Source: an uncultured cyanobacterium (GTDB lineage Bacteria > Cyanobacteriota > Cyanobacteriia > Pseudanabaenales > Pseudanabaenaceae). From it: a DNA stretch of 64,000 nucleotides. Under the pieces are notes generated by a model. The model was given only the letters and a program-made list of their open reading frames with translations, made no database searches and was not told the DNA's origin. Positions within the stretch are counted from its first letter, which is position 1. Every line of letters begins with the position of its first letter. Below, in pieces: positions 62,348 to 64,000 of this stretch. The stretch spans positions 3,264,001-3,328,000 of the forward strand of contig OY969811.1 of assembly GCA_963703315.1 (NCBI GenBank), given 5' to 3'. The translations under genes and the position numbers were made by a program.

Positions 62348-63799
62348 GTGGCAACAAATCCCATCAATCTCGGACAAAAAACTGGTTTGACAAAAAAGTC
62401 GAAGCCTAAGAAATCTTTTTTAAGTCAAAAGTGGACTCTATTTGTAGTCCTCTTTGTCGCACTCATCTCTGGGGGGCTGGGCGCAGGTTTAGCATTTGTA
62501 TTAAGTAGTCGCCCTTTTCAGCAGCGCCAACTCGCGGCAGATGAAGCGGCTGTATTTAATCGGAATTCCGATAGCATGACTTCAGCGATCGCAGGTGTGC
62601 CAACCCTGACCCGTCCTGTCAATATTTTGGTATTAGGGACGATCATGCTTACCTCTGATTTGCCCGATGCTCAGTCAAAGCCCAAAGCTAAATACCTTGC
62701 TGAAGTTGATAACAATCTCAATGGCATGAGTGACGCAATGTTACTCATCCGTTTTGATCCTGCTACCCAAAAAGTTGCAGTTCTCTCAATTCCCCGTGAT
62801 AGTCGTGTCAATATTCAAGGCGTAGGCACAACTAAGATCAATTTTGCCAATTATGCAGGTGGTGCATCACTGTCAGCCCAAACCGTTAGCCAAGTCTTAG
62901 GTGATATTCCAATTGATCGCTACATTCGCTTTAACGTTAATGGCTTTGGTAAGTTAGTCGATGCTCTAGGTGGTGTTGATATCTATGTACCAAAAAAGTT
63001 GAAATATCAAGATGATAGTCAGCACTTATATATCAATCTCAATGCAGGGCAACAAAAACTAAATGGTACTAAAGCCATTCAATATATGCGCTATCGCCAT
63101 GACGACTTGGGGGATATCGGTCGTGTCCAACGTCAGCAAGCATTTTTTCGGGCTTTTATTGAGCAGAAACTAAAACCTGACGCGATTACCAAATTCCCTG
63201 AAATCTTTGGCATTATTAAGGACAATATTGATACTAATCTCTCCGTTGAGGAAGTCCTTGCCCTTGCTGCTTATACCTCCAAGATTGATCGTAAAAGCAT
63301 TCAGATGCACATGGCTCCAGGTCGATTTAGTAATCCTGGTGAGTTTGATAGTTTGAGCTATTGGATTTTGGATAATCGGATGCTTGCCAAAGTTATGAGC
63401 CAAAGTTTTGGGGTCATGAAGCAGGCAGATCCCAATGCAAATAATGCAAATATTACGGAAAGTAGTACACCTCAGACTTTAAGAGTAGCGATCCAAGATA
63501 GTATGTCTCAACCTGAAGGATCGAAAAAAGCAACTACGACTCTTTCTAAGGCGGGATATGCTCAGGTATTTGCCGCCAGCGATCGCTGGACAAGACCTCT
63601 TGCTAAGACCCAAATTATTGCTCAGAATGGCGATCGCGATAGTGCCGAGAAATTACGTGATGCCTTGGGAATTGGTGAAGTCTTGGTCGAATCCACAGGA
63701 GATATTGAGTCAGACATTACGGTGCGCGTTGGTAAAGACTGGCTACAAGCCAATAACATTCCCCTCAAGCCTGTGAAGCCTACAACAACTCAGAGATAA
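62348..63799 (+). CDS. LCP (LytR-CpsA-Psr) family protein with LytR_C domain
   Basis: GTG 62348 after GAGGAG; SDAMLL, LSIPRDSRV, DALGGV, RYRHDDLGDIGRVQRQQ. Confidence 0.93.
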   Translation: MATNPINLGQKTGLTKKSKPKKSFLSQKWTLFVVLFVALISGGLGAGLAFVLSSRPFQQRQLAADEAAVFNRNSDSMTSAIAGVPTLTRPVNILVLGTIMLTSDLPDAQSKPKAKYLAEVDNNLNGMSDAMLLIRFDPATQKVAVLSIPRDSRVNIQGVGTTKINFANYAGGASLSAQTVSQVLGDIPIDRYIRFNVNGFGKLVDALGGVDIYVPKKLKYQDDSQHLYINLNAGQQKLNGTKAIQYMRYRHDDLGDIGRVQRQQAFFRAFIEQKLKPDAITKFPEIFGIIKDNIDTNLSVEEVLALAAYTSKIDRKSIQMHMAPGRFSNPGEFDSLSYWILDNRMLAKVMSQSFGVMKQADPNANNANITESSTPQTLRVAIQDSMSQPEGSKKATTTLSKAGYAQVFAASDRWTRPLAKTQIIAQNGDRDSAEKLRDALGIGEVLVESTGDIESDITVRVGKDWLQANNIPLKPVKPTTTQR

Positions 63800-63836
63800 A
63801 AAAACAGCGCAAAGCGCTGTTTTTTTATCGACTGCG

Positions 63837-64000
63837 CTAAACATTTGTGCTTTGGCGGATGATTTTTGTGAATAGAAAATCGGGTAAAAGCTTACGCATA
63901 AACAATAACTGCTTGGCAATGGGATCAGCAGGATAACGCAGTTTCCCAGAGTTGTCGGTACTAGCGCCATAAATGGTTTTGGCAACAACTTCTGGTGGTG
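63837..64000 (-). CDS. C-terminus of a probable SDR oxidoreductase (starts outside window)
   Basis: Manual translation PPEVVAKTIYGASTDNSGKLRYPAD...RKLLPD...*. Confidence 0.65.
   Translation of the reverse strand, partial: PPEVVAKTIYGASTDNSGKLRYPADPIAKQLLFMRKLLPDFLFTKIIRQSTNV

Noticed and set aside
63743..63988. 81-aa ORF in the track at the window end
   Set aside because: A different minus frame gives an SDR-like C-terminus, which fits better
1..64000. Very high density of GCGATCGC
   Set aside because: Well-known cyanobacterial HIP1; used only as a marker of native versus foreign DNA

Overview
Cyanobacterial chromosomal segment, probably Pseudanabaena-like (inference from divergent PsaA and repeat types). 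HIP1 (GCGATCGC) is very dense. Core genes include transaldolase, psaAB, psbO, petG, an HLIP, rplS-tRNA-Trp-secE-nusG-rplKAJL, hisE, PBP1A, ddl, birA, comEC, corA, gloA, rsmG, rsmE, tsaB and tRNA-Val. Accessory content includes a Nif11-like peptide, an IS5 remnant, an intact Phd/PIN toxin-antitoxin pair, a DUF433 antitoxin with a deleted DUF5615 toxin, a cyanoexosortase locus and a distant PEP-CTERM-like substrate. There is also an AT-rich, translationally coupled ABC-type ATPase plus PD-(D/E)xK-like pair that is a candidate anti-phage system. The most striking non-coding signal is about 30 long intergenic palindromes. They share only a GC-N3-GC loop core, and some arms mirror the last codons of the neighbouring gene. 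Several MITE/REP families occur alongside them, two with clean target-site duplications.
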